Virus record (IMG/VR): IMGVR_UViG_3300035113_000078
Coordinates: 738-64,737 of that record
Direction: 5' to 3' (one strand)
Length of the DNA: 64,000 nt
From: a virus
Lineage: Duplodnaviria > Caudoviricetes
Positions 30,566 to 41,350 of the stretch are shown in pieces. The translations under genes and the position numbers were made by a program. Below the pieces are notes generated by a model, which saw nothing but the letters and a program-made list of their open reading frames with translations, made no database searches and was not told the DNA's origin. Within the stretch, counting starts at the first letter, position 1; every line of letters begins with the position of its first letter.

Positions 30566-32581
30566 GTGAGAACGGCAACGCCGAGTTCACCCGCGGACGG
30601 GGCGCTCCGACGCGCAGCCGCGTTCCTGCGTGTCGTGCAGCCGGACCCCGAGGCGGCGGAGTTGCCGCGAACGGCGCGGCCGTCGCGATCGGACGGCGGC
30701 CCGATTGGGCGCGACGACGGGCGGCAGATGCAGCTGCCGAACGTTGCGCTGGATGCGCCGGTCGCCGGACCGGGACAGGCAGTCACCGCCGAGCCATCGA
30801 GGGGCGAGGGAGTAGAAGCCGTCGAGAAGACGATCTGGGGCTCGCCGGCGGGGAAGAAGCACCTCGCACCGCGGCTCGTGAAGCTCATCCCGCCGCACAA
30901 GACCTACGTCGAGCCGTTCGCCGGCAGCGGGGCGGTGTTCTTCGCCAAGTCGCCATCCGACAAGGAGATCCTCGGCGACGCCGATCCGGAGATCGCCTTC
31001 GCGTACAAGGCGCTCTCGACGCTGAGCGATGGCGACCTTGCCGCGCTCAAGAAGAAGGACTGGACCGGACGCCGGACGCTGTACCGCGCAATGCAGGAGG
31101 CGAAGCCGAAGAGCAAGGTCGACAAGCTGTACCGCTTCCTCTACCTGTCGCACTTCGCGTACGGGAAGCTTCGCGGCAAGAGCTACAACCCCAACGCCGA
31201 GGGCATCGGCGCGCGCACGATCGATCGAATCGAGAAGTATCGGGACCGGCTGCGCAACGTGACCGTTCGCTCCGCGCACTACGCCGACGTGGTGAAGGAG
31301 TTCGACGGCAAGGACACCTTCTTCTTCTTGGACCCGCCGTACCCCGGGCACAACGTCGAGGTCGGCGAGGACCGCTTCGACGAGGTCGAGTTTCGCAAGA
31401 TCCTGGACGGCATCAAAGGCAAGTTCCTCGTCACCTACGGCACCCGCGGCAAGCTCGACACCAGCGGCTTCCAGGTCCGGACCGTCCGAACGCGGCGCAC
31501 GATCTCCTCGATGCGCGGCGTTGGCGGCCCCAAGACGCTGCCACAGCTGCTGATCGCGAACTACGCCATCACCAAGAAGTCCCTCGGACCGTACGAGCTG
31601 GACGAGGTCGAGGCGTCGTTCGAACTGCCGGCCGACGTCGCAGCGGACCTCGACCTAGCCTGCGTCCTCGCGAAGGCACTGGCGAGCGAGGTCGGTGAGC
31701 CATTGATCGTCGCGCTCGCGAATGCGCTGGACCGTTTCGACGGTGCCAGCGAGGAACGAGCCATGGCGCTGGCGAGAAAACTGCTGCCGCTGAGCGCGCG
31801 GATCGCGCCAGCGATCGAGACGGCGATCCCGGATGTCGTGGCCGCCCTCGAGGCCGCGACACCAGCGATCGGCGAGCTGGCGAAGGTACAATGGAGCCGG
31901 GCGTACATCAACGACTTGCCGGATGACGCGTTCCTCTACATTGAGCCGGGCGGCGCACGAGACGACGACGGGAAGACGGCTCCCCGAAGCCTGCGTCACT
32001 TCCCGTACCGCAACCAAACAGGCGATCTCGACGTGCCGCATCTGCAGAACGCGATCGACCGCATCCCGCAGAGCACGGTGGAGGGGCTCACAGCCGACGC
32101 GAAGGCCAAGCTGCAGGATCGAGCTCGGCGGCTCATCGAGGAGGCTCAGGCCGCCGTCGCGAAGGCGGGCGACAGCAACGCTGCTCAGGCGCCCTTGGCC
32201 ACCATGTTGGTTTCGGTCCTCGAGAAGCGCATCCCTCTGCTCAAGACTGGCGAGGAGCGTTACGTGCTCGGCGTGGTGCTCGAGCCGGAGACGGTCGACG
32301 CCCAAGACGACATCTACTCTGCGGCGGAGGTTCGCGATGCAGCCCACCGCTTCATGGAGCAGCACCAGAACATCGGGCTGATGCACCGCGGACTCGTCAA
32401 CGGCCGCGTGAAGATCTTAGAGTCGTACCTGGCTCCGACGTCGTTCCCGCTTGACGGAGCACAAGTTCGCAAGGGCACGTGGCTGCTTGCCGTGCGCATC
32501 CTCGACGACGAGCTATGGGCACAGATCAAGAGCGGTGAGCTGACCGGGCTCAGCATCGGTGGCAGCGCGCGTCGGGATTAG
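30566..32581 (+). CDS. Fusion: D12/Dam-class adenine methyltransferase + XkdF-like prohead protease
   Basis: YVEPFAGSGAVFF and FFLDPPY; C-terminal ERYVLGVVLEP..VDAQDD...MH...LTGLSIGG. Confidence 0.85.
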   Translation: MRTATPSSPADGALRRAAAFLRVVQPDPEAAELPRTARPSRSDGGPIGRDDGRQMQLPNVALDAPVAGPGQAVTAEPSRGEGVEAVEKTIWGSPAGKKHLAPRLVKLIPPHKTYVEPFAGSGAVFFAKSPSDKEILGDADPEIAFAYKALSTLSDGDLAALKKKDWTGRRTLYRAMQEAKPKSKVDKLYRFLYLSHFAYGKLRGKSYNPNAEGIGARTIDRIEKYRDRLRNVTVRSAHYADVVKEFDGKDTFFFLDPPYPGHNVEVGEDRFDEVEFRKILDGIKGKFLVTYGTRGKLDTSGFQVRTVRTRRTISSMRGVGGPKTLPQLLIANYAITKKSLGPYELDEVEASFELPADVAADLDLACVLAKALASEVGEPLIVALANALDRFDGASEERAMALARKLLPLSARIAPAIETAIPDVVAALEAATPAIGELAKVQWSRAYINDLPDDAFLYIEPGGARDDDGKTAPRSLRHFPYRNQTGDLDVPHLQNAIDRIPQSTVEGLTADAKAKLQDRARRLIEEAQAAVAKAGDSNAAQAPLATMLVSVLEKRIPLLKTGEERYVLGVVLEPETVDAQDDIYSAAEVRDAAHRFMEQHQNIGLMHRGLVNGRVKILESYLAPTSFPLDGAQVRKGTWLLAVRILDDELWAQIKSGELTGLSIGGSARRD

Positions 32582-32732
32582 ACCGCGTAGGGCCGGGCGC
32601 CCCGGCCGGGGATCTGCCTACGCGGACTGTTGTGCTCCGACACGGGATCACCGAGCGGTCGTTACGATAGATGATCGGCGCAGCGTCTATTCGTGATGCG
32701 ACCTCTCCAGCGTTCGGAAAACAGCTGCACTT

Positions 32733-33575
32733 CTAGATCCAGTATGACGCGTTGAGGTTATCAAACGGTTGCGCAACCCTTCGCGATTGATAGAACGCGT
32801 TACAAACTTCCGCGAAGGCACGGTTACGGCTTCTGAGCTCGGCGACTTCCACCCGGCCTCGCTCCTGCAGCGTCACCAGGCGTGAGCGGTCCCGGATGTC
32901 GATCTCCTTCGCCTGAATCGTCCCCGTTAGCCGCAGTAGCCGTTCGTACTCATCCTTTTCGATCGGCTGCTCATGCTCGATGCCATCGACGATGGTGACC
33001 CGGAAATAGAGGGTGGGCTCACCGGCCGCGGATTGTACCTTCCATCCTTCCGGGCTGGGTTCGGTCCGCACCGCGACGATGGACAGGCGGTGGCCGTCAT
33101 GGATCATGACTCCGATCGACTTGTTCCAGTAGCGGATCTCAGAAATCGGACTAGTGTAGGAGTTGCTCTTGATGCTCCTCTCTTCCCAATACTTCTTTCC
33201 GGACTGAAGCAAGCGCTCCGCAAAGGCGTTGCGCTGCTCTTCGGAAAATCTGTCTCCTTCGGGAACAAGACATTCCGTTTCGTGGATCAGCCGGCTTGTA
33301 TATCTCAAGAGATTATGGATCGCAAACGACAGTGTCTCGAAGTCCTCATTGGTAACGAGGGCCCACTTCTGGTACGGGGTGCCGCGGGAGGAGTTCTGGA
33401 GGAATGGCTCGTCCAAGGCCACGGTGAGATAGTGCTCCAAGGCGTAGTGGTAGTGGTTGATGACGTCGACCTGCATCATGTAGACGGCGGCCGGCAACGG
33501 GACCACGGCGAGACCTTTGGCGTACCGGGTCAGGGCGTGGATGGCATCGTCGAAGATGAAGGCGAGGTTGAGCAT
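32733..33575 (-). CDS. Hypothetical cargo protein
   Basis: Opposite strand, lower GC, no recognisable motif; start probably ATG 33575. Confidence 0.7.
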   Translation of the reverse strand: MLNLAFIFDDAIHALTRYAKGLAVVPLPAAVYMMQVDVINHYHYALEHYLTVALDEPFLQNSSRGTPYQKWALVTNEDFETLSFAIHNLLRYTSRLIHETECLVPEGDRFSEEQRNAFAERLLQSGKKYWEERSIKSNSYTSPISEIRYWNKSIGVMIHDGHRLSIVAVRTEPSPEGWKVQSAAGEPTLYFRVTIVDGIEHEQPIEKDEYERLLRLTGTIQAKEIDIRDRSRLVTLQERGRVEVAELRSRNRAFAEVCNAFYQSRRVAQPFDNLNASYWI

Positions 33576-33825
33576 GGTGATGTCCGATCGTGGTTGAAGG
33601 TGAATTGGCGACGCTCGAGTGATCACTACGCGGCTCCTTTCCGCAATGCAACGGTTGCAAGCGCGTCCTCGTGATCGCGCTCGGCATCGAGGCGGTGACC
33701 GATCGTCGAGCTCGATGTCCTCGCTCCCGCCGCTTGGCCGCCGCGCGATCTGGCTGTGCCGATTGACGCCGGCGACTACCGTGAAGGTGGTCAAAAGGTT
33801 ACCTCGGATCCCGTCGAGGATCTGA

Positions 33826-34440
33826 ATGGTGTCCGCGTCGCAGCGACGACGCGAGGAGCCCGACGATGACCACGACCACGACGATCGCTGTGCCGACGAG
33901 CTGCGCGGCGCTATGCACCCGTTGGCGGAACTGACCCAGCGTCTCGACGACGAGCTCGCCCAGGCCGGGAACGGCGCGGCGATCGACTACGGCACGCACG
34001 AGCAGCGCGTGGCCGATGCGCTCGTCGAGGTCGAGCGTGGGCTGCATGCCCAGGTTCTGTCGCGGCTCGACATCGACGTTCCGGTGATCCGGGTGTGGGG
34101 TGACGAGTATCGGGGATCGGCCGGTGCGAGAGCGACTACACACGCTCGCGGGGACGGTGCGTGTGATGGACGGTGTACCGGAAGACCGGGCGCAACGGCG
34201 ACACGCTCGATCCGGCGAGCGTGCGCGCAGGCGTCGCCGCCGACGGCTGGCTGCCGCACACGGCGCGCGCGATGGCATACCTGCTCGCGCAAGGGACGTC
34301 GCTCGAAGCGGAGGCGACCGGGCGCGAGCTGGCGCGGCTACCGTACTCGCGGTCGAGCTTCGAGCGCGCCGGTCACGAGGTCGGGAGGCTGTACCGGCGG
34401 GCGCAGGCGCGGATCGAGGAAGTGCTGATCCAGGAGTACG
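33826..34440 (+). pseudogene. Frameshifted, truncated transposase remnant (ISKra4/UPF0236-like)
   Basis: Pieces in three frames: LSRLDIDVPVIRVWG, HTLAGTVRV, YRKTGRNGDTLDP...LPYSRSSFER; no DDE domain follows. Confidence 0.6.
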
Positions 34441-34544
34441 CAAGACCCACAGGCGGCATGGCTCGGAACGGCTCCGACGAGGATTGGAGGCGTAGTGCCG
34501 GATTATGCAATGAAGTAAATATATTAGAATCACACCCGACTCAC

Positions 34545-34573
34545 TTGACATCACTGTGGAAGTTCCATAGGAT
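34545..34573 (+). promoter_or_regulatory. Sigma70-type promoter A with GTGGAAGTTC spacer box
   Basis: TTGACA-tcactGTGGAAGTTCca-TAGGAT (17-nt spacer). Confidence 0.8.
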
Positions 34574-34594
34574 CAAAACACTCACAAGACCATA

Positions 34595-34660
34595 GGGGTC
34601 GTTGAAGTTCTTCAAGCCCCGGCACGGACCAAGGTCCTTGCCGGGGCTTTTTGCGTTCCG
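34595..34660 (+). ncRNA. Leader attenuator RNA, copy 2
   Basis: GGGGTCGTTGAAgttcTTCAAGCCCCG-stem-CGGGGCTTTTT. Confidence 0.75.
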
Positions 34661-34667
34661 AGGAGCC

Positions 34668-35915
34668 ATGGCAGACGACGGCAGCACCACGAAGCAGGCA
34701 GCCACCGAGGGCGAGTCGGGGGTGCACCGTCTGCGCGACATCGTGGTGGAGGAGGTGTCGCTGGTGGACCGGGCAGCCAACAAGCGCCGATTCCTTCTTG
34801 TGAAAAGGAGCAGCCAGATGGCGGACGATGGCAAGCCAAAGAGCGGTGGCACCTCGCAAGAGGGCCGAACGGGTGCGACGGCCGGCGCGGGCGCCAGGAA
34901 ACCGCGGCTCAAGCCCGACGAGAACGTCGACAAGGCGCGTCCACGCGTCATGCGTGCTGCGTCCGATGACGATGACGAGGAGGAGGAGGAGACCGATGCC
35001 AAGAGGGCTCGCGGGCGTGATTCCTCGGAAGATGACGACGAGGAAGACGAGGAGGAGGCTTCGAAGGCCACGTCGGAGGATGACGAGGAGGGAGAAGAGG
35101 ACGACGAGGACGACGAGGAAGACGACGAAAAAAAGACCTCGACCAAGACCAGCAAGACGAGGGCGCGTGCGAAGGCCGACGCGCGTTCGAACGACGGTGC
35201 CCGCGTGGGCACTGGCAAGGGTCGCGACGGCAAGAGCGCCCAGAAGGCCGACGACGAGCTCGTGCTGCCGGGCGCGGTGAAGAACGCCGTACTCCGCGTA
35301 CTCGCGCAGGCGCTCGAGCGGCTGATGGCGGTCACCAACCAGGTCAAGGAGGCCGGCGAGCCGGACGACGGGACCGATGCCAGCGTGCCCGATGACGTGA
35401 CCAGCGAGCTCGAGGACATCGGGGAGCTGCTCGAGGACGTTGGGGAACAGCTCGCCGATCCAGCGGAGAAGGCCGCCGCCAAAAGGCCGGCGGCGGCCAA
35501 GGCGCGCGCCGCGAAGGCCGGTGTCGCCAAGGCAGGCCGGCGCATGGCGAAGGATCGGCTCGAGCGGTTTCAGAAAGCGCTCGAGGCGTTGTCGGCGATC
35601 CTGAAGGAGCTCGTCGCGGCGAAAGAGGCGCCGGGCGCAATCGCCGGGGCCAGGCCGAGCCCGCAGGTCAAGCGCGACGTCGTGCCTGAGATGCGCGAGC
35701 TCGCCGCCGGCGTGAGCGAGCTGACGCGCGTCGTGAAGCGGCAGGAACAGGAGATCGTCCGCCTGCGCAAGACGCCCGGCACATCCAACGCGATTCCCAT
35801 CGAGGGCGGCAGTCGCCGCCGTGAGGTTCTGGACGTCTCCTGGCCGCTCGACATGAACCGACCCATCTCGCGAGACAGCGTCGCCAAGGCGGTCTCGTTC
35901 TACGACGAGGAATAG
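34668..35915 (+). CDS. Scaffolding-like protein with long acidic tract
   Basis: [19 protein letters not shown] (XkdF N-terminal-like), D/E tract, coiled coil; directly before the capsid gene; GAGGAG RBS. Confidence 0.75.
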   Translation: MADDGSTTKQAATEGESGVHRLRDIVVEEVSLVDRAANKRRFLLVKRSSQMADDGKPKSGGTSQEGRTGATAGAGARKPRLKPDENVDKARPRVMRAASDDDDEEEEETDAKRARGRDSSEDDDEEDEEEASKATSEDDEEGEEDDEDDEEDDEKKTSTKTSKTRARAKADARSNDGARVGTGKGRDGKSAQKADDELVLPGAVKNAVLRVLAQALERLMAVTNQVKEAGEPDDGTDASVPDDVTSELEDIGELLEDVGEQLADPAEKAAAKRPAAAKARAAKAGVAKAGRRMAKDRLERFQKALEALSAILKELVAAKEAPGAIAGARPSPQVKRDVVPEMRELAAGVSELTRVVKRQEQEIVRLRKTPGTSNAIPIEGGSRRREVLDVSWPLDMNRPISRDSVAKAVSFYDEE

Positions 35916-35923
35916 GAGACCCC

Positions 35924-36883
35924 ATGGGTGGACTCACCGCAGGGCTGATGGACAATCGCACGATTCTCGAGAAGGCGGACCTCGCGCTCGCCGATCTCAC
36001 CGCCGGCGGCGGTCTCTTGCAGCCGGCGCAGGCGCAGAAGTTCATGAGGATCTTGATCAACGAGGCCGTGATCCTCAAGCAGGCGACGGTTGTCCCGATG
36101 CGCAGCCCCAAGCAGTTGATCGAGAAGATCCGGTTCGCCAACCGGATTCTGCGGTCGGGCTCGGAGGCGACCGCGCTTGCCAAGGACGACCGCGCAGTGC
36201 CCAACCTCGGTAAGGTCGAGCTCGACGCCCAGCTGTTCAAGGCCGAGGTGCGCCTGAACAACGAGGTTCTCGAGGACTCGATCGAGCGCGGCCAGCTGCG
36301 GCAGACGATCATGCAGCTGATGGCCGAAGCCATCGCGCGCGATGTCGACGAAGTCGTGATCCAGGGCGAGCGGGGGAATCCAGATCCGTTCCTCGCCAAG
36401 CTCGACGGCATCCTCAAGCAGGCGCAGTCGAACATCGTCGACGCCCAGGGTCAGACGACGAACAAGGGCGTGTTCCGCGACATGTTGAAGACCATGCCGC
36501 ACGCCTTCGTACGCAACAAGAAGCAGCTGCGGTTTTTCACGTCGGTCAACTCGGAGCTCGACTACAAGGACTCGCTGTCCGAGCGCGCGACCGCGGTTGG
36601 TGATAAGTACGTCGAGCAGGACGTGCCGGCGACGTATTCCGGCGTGCCGGTGATCGACGTGCCGATGTTCCCCGAGGCGCAGGGCGCCGGGCAGAACCAG
36701 ACGTCGATCATCTTGACCGACCCCAAGAACATCAACGTCGGCATCTGGCGCAACATCCGCGTCGAGGTCGACAAGATCGTCACCGACGGTGTGCTCGTCA
36801 TCGTCGCGACGCTGCGGTTCGACGTGAAGTACGCCGAAGAGTCGGCCGTCGTGAAGGCGATCAACGTCCGGGTAGGTGCGTGA
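35924..36883 (+). CDS. Major capsid protein (XkdG/PBSX-like)
   Basis: [34 protein letters not shown]. Confidence 0.92.
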   Translation: MGGLTAGLMDNRTILEKADLALADLTAGGGLLQPAQAQKFMRILINEAVILKQATVVPMRSPKQLIEKIRFANRILRSGSEATALAKDDRAVPNLGKVELDAQLFKAEVRLNNEVLEDSIERGQLRQTIMQLMAEAIARDVDEVVIQGERGNPDPFLAKLDGILKQAQSNIVDAQGQTTNKGVFRDMLKTMPHAFVRNKKQLRFFTSVNSELDYKDSLSERATAVGDKYVEQDVPATYSGVPVIDVPMFPEAQGAGQNQTSIILTDPKNINVGIWRNIRVEVDKIVTDGVLVIVATLRFDVKYAEESAVVKAINVRVGA

Positions 36884-37131
36884 TGGCGAAGATCTCAAAG
36901 CGGTTTGGTTCCGGCGGTGCAAACCTCACGCCAGGCGGGGCGTCCGGACAGCCCGCGCTCGCCGACGCGCTTCGCGACATCGCAGATGACCTCGCCGCGC
37001 TCAAGCCGACCCGGGTGGCAGCCGCGGACGCGACGGCCGCCTATGGCCCCGGCGAGCAGGCGCTCCTCAACGAGCTCAAGGCCAAGGTCAACGCGATCGC
37101 GGCCGCGGTGCTCAAGACGACGAAGGTCTGA
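36883..37131 (+). CDS. Small head-associated protein
   Basis: TGATG-coupled to the capsid gene. Confidence 0.65.
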   Translation: MAKISKRFGSGGANLTPGGASGQPALADALRDIADDLAALKPTRVAAADATAAYGPGEQALLNELKAKVNAIAAAVLKTTKV

Positions 37132-37147
37132 AAGGACCCATCTCCCC

Positions 37148-37528
37148 ATGGCCAAGCTCATTCGCCTCAGGCCCTTTGACACCAAAAAGGGCCACATCAT
37201 CCGTCGTTACACGGTGGCCGGCACAACGTTCGAGGAGCGCAAGGGGTGGTATCGCGTCTCCGATCACATGGCAGCGTACCTGGCCACGGTGCACCAGATC
37301 GCCGATGACGAGGATTCTCCGATGGCGTTCGACGTGTGCACGCAGGAGGATGCCAAGCGGATCGACGCTGCCGAGAAGAAGAAGGCCGAGGAGCGGGCGC
37401 GCGCGGCCGAACCCAACGTGGCAATGCCGCGCGACGTCACCGGGCTCGGCGGCGACCTGACCACTGCCGATCTACGAGATCCGGGCCGGCGATCGCGCGC
37501 CACTGTGGCGGCAGGACGGCGTCCATGA
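37148..37528 (+). CDS. Hypothetical virion protein
   Basis: AAGGA RBS before ATG 37148. Confidence 0.7.
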   Translation: MAKLIRLRPFDTKKGHIIRRYTVAGTTFEERKGWYRVSDHMAAYLATVHQIADDEDSPMAFDVCTQEDAKRIDAAEKKKAEERARAAEPNVAMPRDVTGLGGDLTTADLRDPGRRSRATVAAGRRP

Positions 37529-38097
37529 AGGACCCTGATCCCACCGGAGCCACCGCCGACAGCGGCAACCCAGCCACGGTGAGGAGCACCGACGCTGTCG
37601 CATCCGTCCGCGCGCTCGCGGCCGACAACGCGACGCGCGCGCGCAGCCTGCGGGGCGCGCAGATCCCGCAGCACGTCGGGATGGCGGCGGCATGCCGTGC
37701 GCTCGCCGTGGAGCTCCCACGGGCTCTTGCGGTCCAGATCGACGACGAGCTGCGGAGCGGTGTGCTCGCGCAGCGCTGGGAGTCGGTCCGGGCAGCGGCA
37801 GCGGAGCCCGGCGCCAGCGGCGAGTTCGACTCGACGCTCTTCGCGATCGCACTCCTGCTGCGCGAGCAGGGGCGGACCGCCATGCGCCACCTGGTCCGCC
37901 GCGAGAAGGAATGGACGGCGGCCGCGTACCGCCTCGAGGGCCAAGCGAGCGCACTCGAGGGCAGCGCGGCGCAGCTTCTGCGCGTCGCCACGGATGCGGA
38001 GGGGCACGATGTCGGCGGCGCTGGCGCCAGCGCGGAAGCGTCGGCCTCCACCGACAACCGCGGCGCGGCGACCGCGCGTGACGTGACCGAGCGCTGA
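37525..38097 (+). CDS. Hypothetical Ala-rich protein
   Basis: ATGA coupling with the upstream gene; AGGA RBS. Confidence 0.55.
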   Translation: MKDPDPTGATADSGNPATVRSTDAVASVRALAADNATRARSLRGAQIPQHVGMAAACRALAVELPRALAVQIDDELRSGVLAQRWESVRAAAAEPGASGEFDSTLFAIALLLREQGRTAMRHLVRREKEWTAAAYRLEGQASALEGSAAQLLRVATDAEGHDVGGAGASAEASASTDNRGAATARDVTER

Positions 38098-38099
38098 CG

Positions 38100-39212
38100 A
38101 TGCCGGCGATCGCACGCGGGCAGTCCAGCGACGGCGCCAACCCGGTGCTCGAGCTGTTCACGCCATCGCGGGGAGTCCTGGTGGACGCGGCCGCCGTCAG
38201 CTTTCAGGTCTTCGACGTCAGCGACGATGCCAAGCGCACAAGTCCAGTCCAGGTGTTCCCGACGCCGCCGGACACCCGCGCCGCGGTGAATCTCGCCGAG
38301 CCGTGGCCGGCAGGTGACAAGCTCGGCCCGGGTCACGTCGTTGCGCGCTGGACGCCGGCACCGGACGAGGCGCTCGGTGCGCACGAGATCCGCTGGCTCG
38401 TACAAAGTGTGGCGGGCGCCGCCGAACAGACCGTGACGGCGGACTTTGACGTCCTCGCTGCGGGGGCGGGCTCCTATCGCTCCGGCTACGCGCTTGTCTC
38501 GGACCTTCGAGCCGAGGGCGTCGCGACGACCGAGGCAACGGATGCCCGCCTGGCGCGGCTGATTCGCCTGGCGACCCAGTACGTGGACCGGATCACCGGG
38601 CGGTTCTTCGAGCCGCGGCCGATGACACTTGCGCTCGACGGGAGCGGTGGCCACGTCCTCCTGCTCGGGCACCCGATCATCGCGATCCGCGACGTGACAC
38701 TGCTCGTCGCCATGCCGGCTGAGATCGGCGAGCTCCCGGTCGTGCCGTCGTTCTTCAAGGTCTACAACCGCCACCTGACGCAGGGGCTGCTCGATCCAGA
38801 CGACCGCGAGAATCCGCGGCTCGAGTTCTTCTATGATTCGGACCTACTCGGCGTCCAGGCAACGCCGGCGGCGAGCCTCGGGCTCGGCTCGCTGGTGTGG
38901 TTTCGCGGCGTTCAGAACGTCGTGGTCAACGGGCTGTTCGGCTACACCGATCCGGACAGCTCCGCCGTTGGCCGCACGCCCGAGCTGATCCGTCACGTCA
39001 CCAAGCTCCTCGTCCTGCGCGAAATCCCGACGATGACGGACACCTCGCTCCGCGAGGATCGCCAGAAGCGCTGGCGCATCGTCAGCGAGCGAACGCGCGA
39101 CCAGGGCTACAACCTCGAGCCACTCCACGCCCAGGGCGGTTTCAGTGGCGATCCGGAAATCGACGCGATCCTCGCCTCCTATCAACGGCCACCACAGCTC
39201 GGGGCAGCGTGA
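38100..39212 (+). CDS. Head-tail adaptor-like protein
   Basis: YALVSDLR...IRLATQYVDRITGRFF...FGY; position after the capsid gene. Confidence 0.7.
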   Translation: MPAIARGQSSDGANPVLELFTPSRGVLVDAAAVSFQVFDVSDDAKRTSPVQVFPTPPDTRAAVNLAEPWPAGDKLGPGHVVARWTPAPDEALGAHEIRWLVQSVAGAAEQTVTADFDVLAAGAGSYRSGYALVSDLRAEGVATTEATDARLARLIRLATQYVDRITGRFFEPRPMTLALDGSGGHVLLLGHPIIAIRDVTLLVAMPAEIGELPVVPSFFKVYNRHLTQGLLDPDDRENPRLEFFYDSDLLGVQATPAASLGLGSLVWFRGVQNVVVNGLFGYTDPDSSAVGRTPELIRHVTKLLVLREIPTMTDTSLREDRQKRWRIVSERTRDQGYNLEPLHAQGGFSGDPEIDAILASYQRPPQLGAA

Positions 39213-39733
39213 TGCGGGGCCGCCTGCTCCAGATGTTCATCGCCGAGCTCGCGCAGCTAGACACCGCGGCGACGGGAACCGATCCGGACGGTGCCGGACC
39301 GCTGACGTCTGGCTACGACGCCGACTTCCAGGAGACGGTGTTGTTGCCGCGCCCGGTCGGGACCGGGCGCGATTCGCGTCGGGAGAAACCGCCGCTCCAC
39401 CTGCCTTGCCAGATCGAGGTCCAGTCGTTCGCCGCGCTCAACGAGCTCGCGACCGGTAACTCGCCCCGCTCGCACGTGGTGCTCGTGTTCCACTTTCGCG
39501 ACCTCGAGCGACAAGGCCTCGTCGATCCAAGCACCGGTGACGCGCTGCTGCGCGTCGGCGATCGGCTCGTCGCGATCCGCGATCGGCGCACCGCGGAGAT
39601 CGTCCAGACGGTCCGCACGCCCCCCGGGCTCTACCTCACCGAGCCGCAGCCGGAGTTCGGGCTGGGTGGCTGGCGGAACCTCCTGATCGCCACGTTCAAC
39701 GAGCGCGCCCTCGGGGGCCAGGGGGGTGCGTGA
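39212..39733 (+). CDS. Head closure-like protein
   Basis: Position in the neck module; TGATG coupling. Confidence 0.6.
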   Translation: MRGRLLQMFIAELAQLDTAATGTDPDGAGPLTSGYDADFQETVLLPRPVGTGRDSRREKPPLHLPCQIEVQSFAALNELATGNSPRSHVVLVFHFRDLERQGLVDPSTGDALLRVGDRLVAIRDRRTAEIVQTVRTPPGLYLTEPQPEFGLGGWRNLLIATFNERALGGQGGA

Positions 39734-40347
39734 AGATCGACGTGACGAAGATCGGCCCGTGGAGCCGGGTCGGCAAGCTCCTCGCGGAGGCGCCGCGGAG
39801 GATGCAGGCGGCGTTCGACAAGGCGCTGCTGCAGGAAGCGCAGTTCCTGCGGACCAAGATCGTCGAGGGAATCCGCGAGCAGGCTCCGGGTGGGCGGGCG
39901 TTCGCGCCGCTCGCGCCGACGACGCTCGCGATCCGACAGTTCCGCGGGTTCCACGGCACCAAGGCGCTGTTGGTTCAGGCCGACCTCCGCAACAGCATCA
40001 CGGTCGTCAAGGACGGGGATCGGGTCCTAGTCGGCGTGCTCCGTACCGCGCGCGACCGAGCCGGCAAGTCGCTTGTGGACATCGCGGCGCTGAACGAGTC
40101 TGGCTCGCGACCGATCGTCCTCCGGCTCACGCCGAAGGCTCGCGCGTTCTTGCACGCAGCGTTCCGACACGCCGGTCTGGACGGTCCGAACTCCGGGCAG
40201 CCGGGCACCGGGATCGCAGTCATCCAGATCCCGCCACGCCCGTTTCTGGCTCCGGTGTTCGAGAAGTACGCTCAACCCGACCAGGTCTCGCGACGCTTTC
40301 TCGACCGCGTTGCTGCACTTCTCGACGGTCATTTCGGCCACATCTGA
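39730..40347 (+). CDS. Virion morphogenesis/neck protein
   Basis: FAPLAPTT, LRNSIT, IPPRPFL. Confidence 0.8.
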   Translation: MKIDVTKIGPWSRVGKLLAEAPRRMQAAFDKALLQEAQFLRTKIVEGIREQAPGGRAFAPLAPTTLAIRQFRGFHGTKALLVQADLRNSITVVKDGDRVLVGVLRTARDRAGKSLVDIAALNESGSRPIVLRLTPKARAFLHAAFRHAGLDGPNSGQPGTGIAVIQIPPRPFLAPVFEKYAQPDQVSRRFLDRVAALLDGHFGHI

Positions 40348-40371
40348 CCGCGTTTGCGTGCTCGTCCACAG

Positions 40372-40659
40372 TCACTGCCGATCGCGCGCTGTCACTCGCG
40401 AGGACTGAGCGAAACGGCGATCGATTGGGCGACCAATGCACGCACCGAGACTTAGCGAGAATAGTGATAGAAAATAATGCAATGTAATATCATTTGGCAA
40501 TAGCGGCCACATCAGACGGGCCGCGAACGCGCATCCGCAGGCCAGCGTGAGTCCCCAACTCGCGGATCTGACCACGTGGATCGCGAAGTCTCGGGTGGAA
40601 CTGACCATGTGAAGGAATGGATCAGACAACCCAGGTGCCTTTGCAGCTTTCTTCGCCAT
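40372..40659 (-). CDS. Small low-GC putative membrane protein (cargo)
   Basis: AGGAGG RBS; two hydrophobic segments. Confidence 0.45.
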   Translation of the reverse strand: MAKKAAKAPGLSDPFLHMVSSTRDFAIHVVRSASWGLTLACGCAFAARLMWPLLPNDITLHYFLSLFSLSLGACIGRPIDRRFAQSSRVTARDRQ

Positions 40660-41021
40660 CCGACTAACCCTCCTAATCGAGACTCTTATGATGATGGCGC
40701 CAGCTGTTCCAGGCAATCGGTACTATTCCGATAATGGTGAACTATGGGGTAGTGGGGAGGTTCAATGACCTAGGTTGCGCGTCCCAGCAGTTGCAACCTC
40801 CACAACGTTATCGTTGAAGGCACGTTGGAATTTTCCGATGTCCATGAGGTTGGTGCCATCGCCGTCGTCGCGGACAAGCACGACTCGTCGCAACCAACTA
40901 CCCGAACAGCACGCCGTTCCCGTGCGTTCGCAAGTCGAACCGGACGCGCCTTCGCCAGGGTACACCGACGGTGCTCGCGATCCGCGCCTTCCGTGGACTC
41001 CCAAAGGAGTCATCAGAAGCC

Positions 41022-41350
41022 GATCCGGTTCTGGTCGGTGGCTCCGCACGGCGCGCACCCGAGCCGGGAAGTCGCTCGTCGATATCGCGGCGCTGAACGA
41101 GTTTGGCTCGCGACCGGTCGTCCTCCGGCTTACGTCGAAGGCTCGCGCGTTCTTGCATGCGGCGTTCCGACATGCCGGCCTGGACGGACCGAATCCCGGG
41201 CGGCCAGGCACCGGGATCGCAGTCATTCAGGTCCCGCCACGCCCTTTCCTGGCGCCGGTGTTCGACAAGTACGCGCAGCCCGACCAGGTCCCGCGCCGCT
41301 TCGTCGAGCGGGTGGCATCCCAGCTGGGCGGCCACTTCGGCCGCGTCTGA
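41022..41350 (+). pseudogene. Diverged duplicate of the 3' half of the neck gene (40018-40347)
   Basis: Colinear protein LRTAR.RAGKSLVDIAALNE...PPRPFLAPVF; no N-terminal half; indel at its 5' end. Confidence 0.85.

Noticed and set aside
34960-35130. GAC/GAG tandem repeat element
   Set aside because: It is the Asp/Glu tract of the scaffold-like protein.
40018-41350. DGR template/variable repeat pair
   Set aside because: Differences are not adenine-specific, are largely synonymous, and no reverse transcriptase is present.
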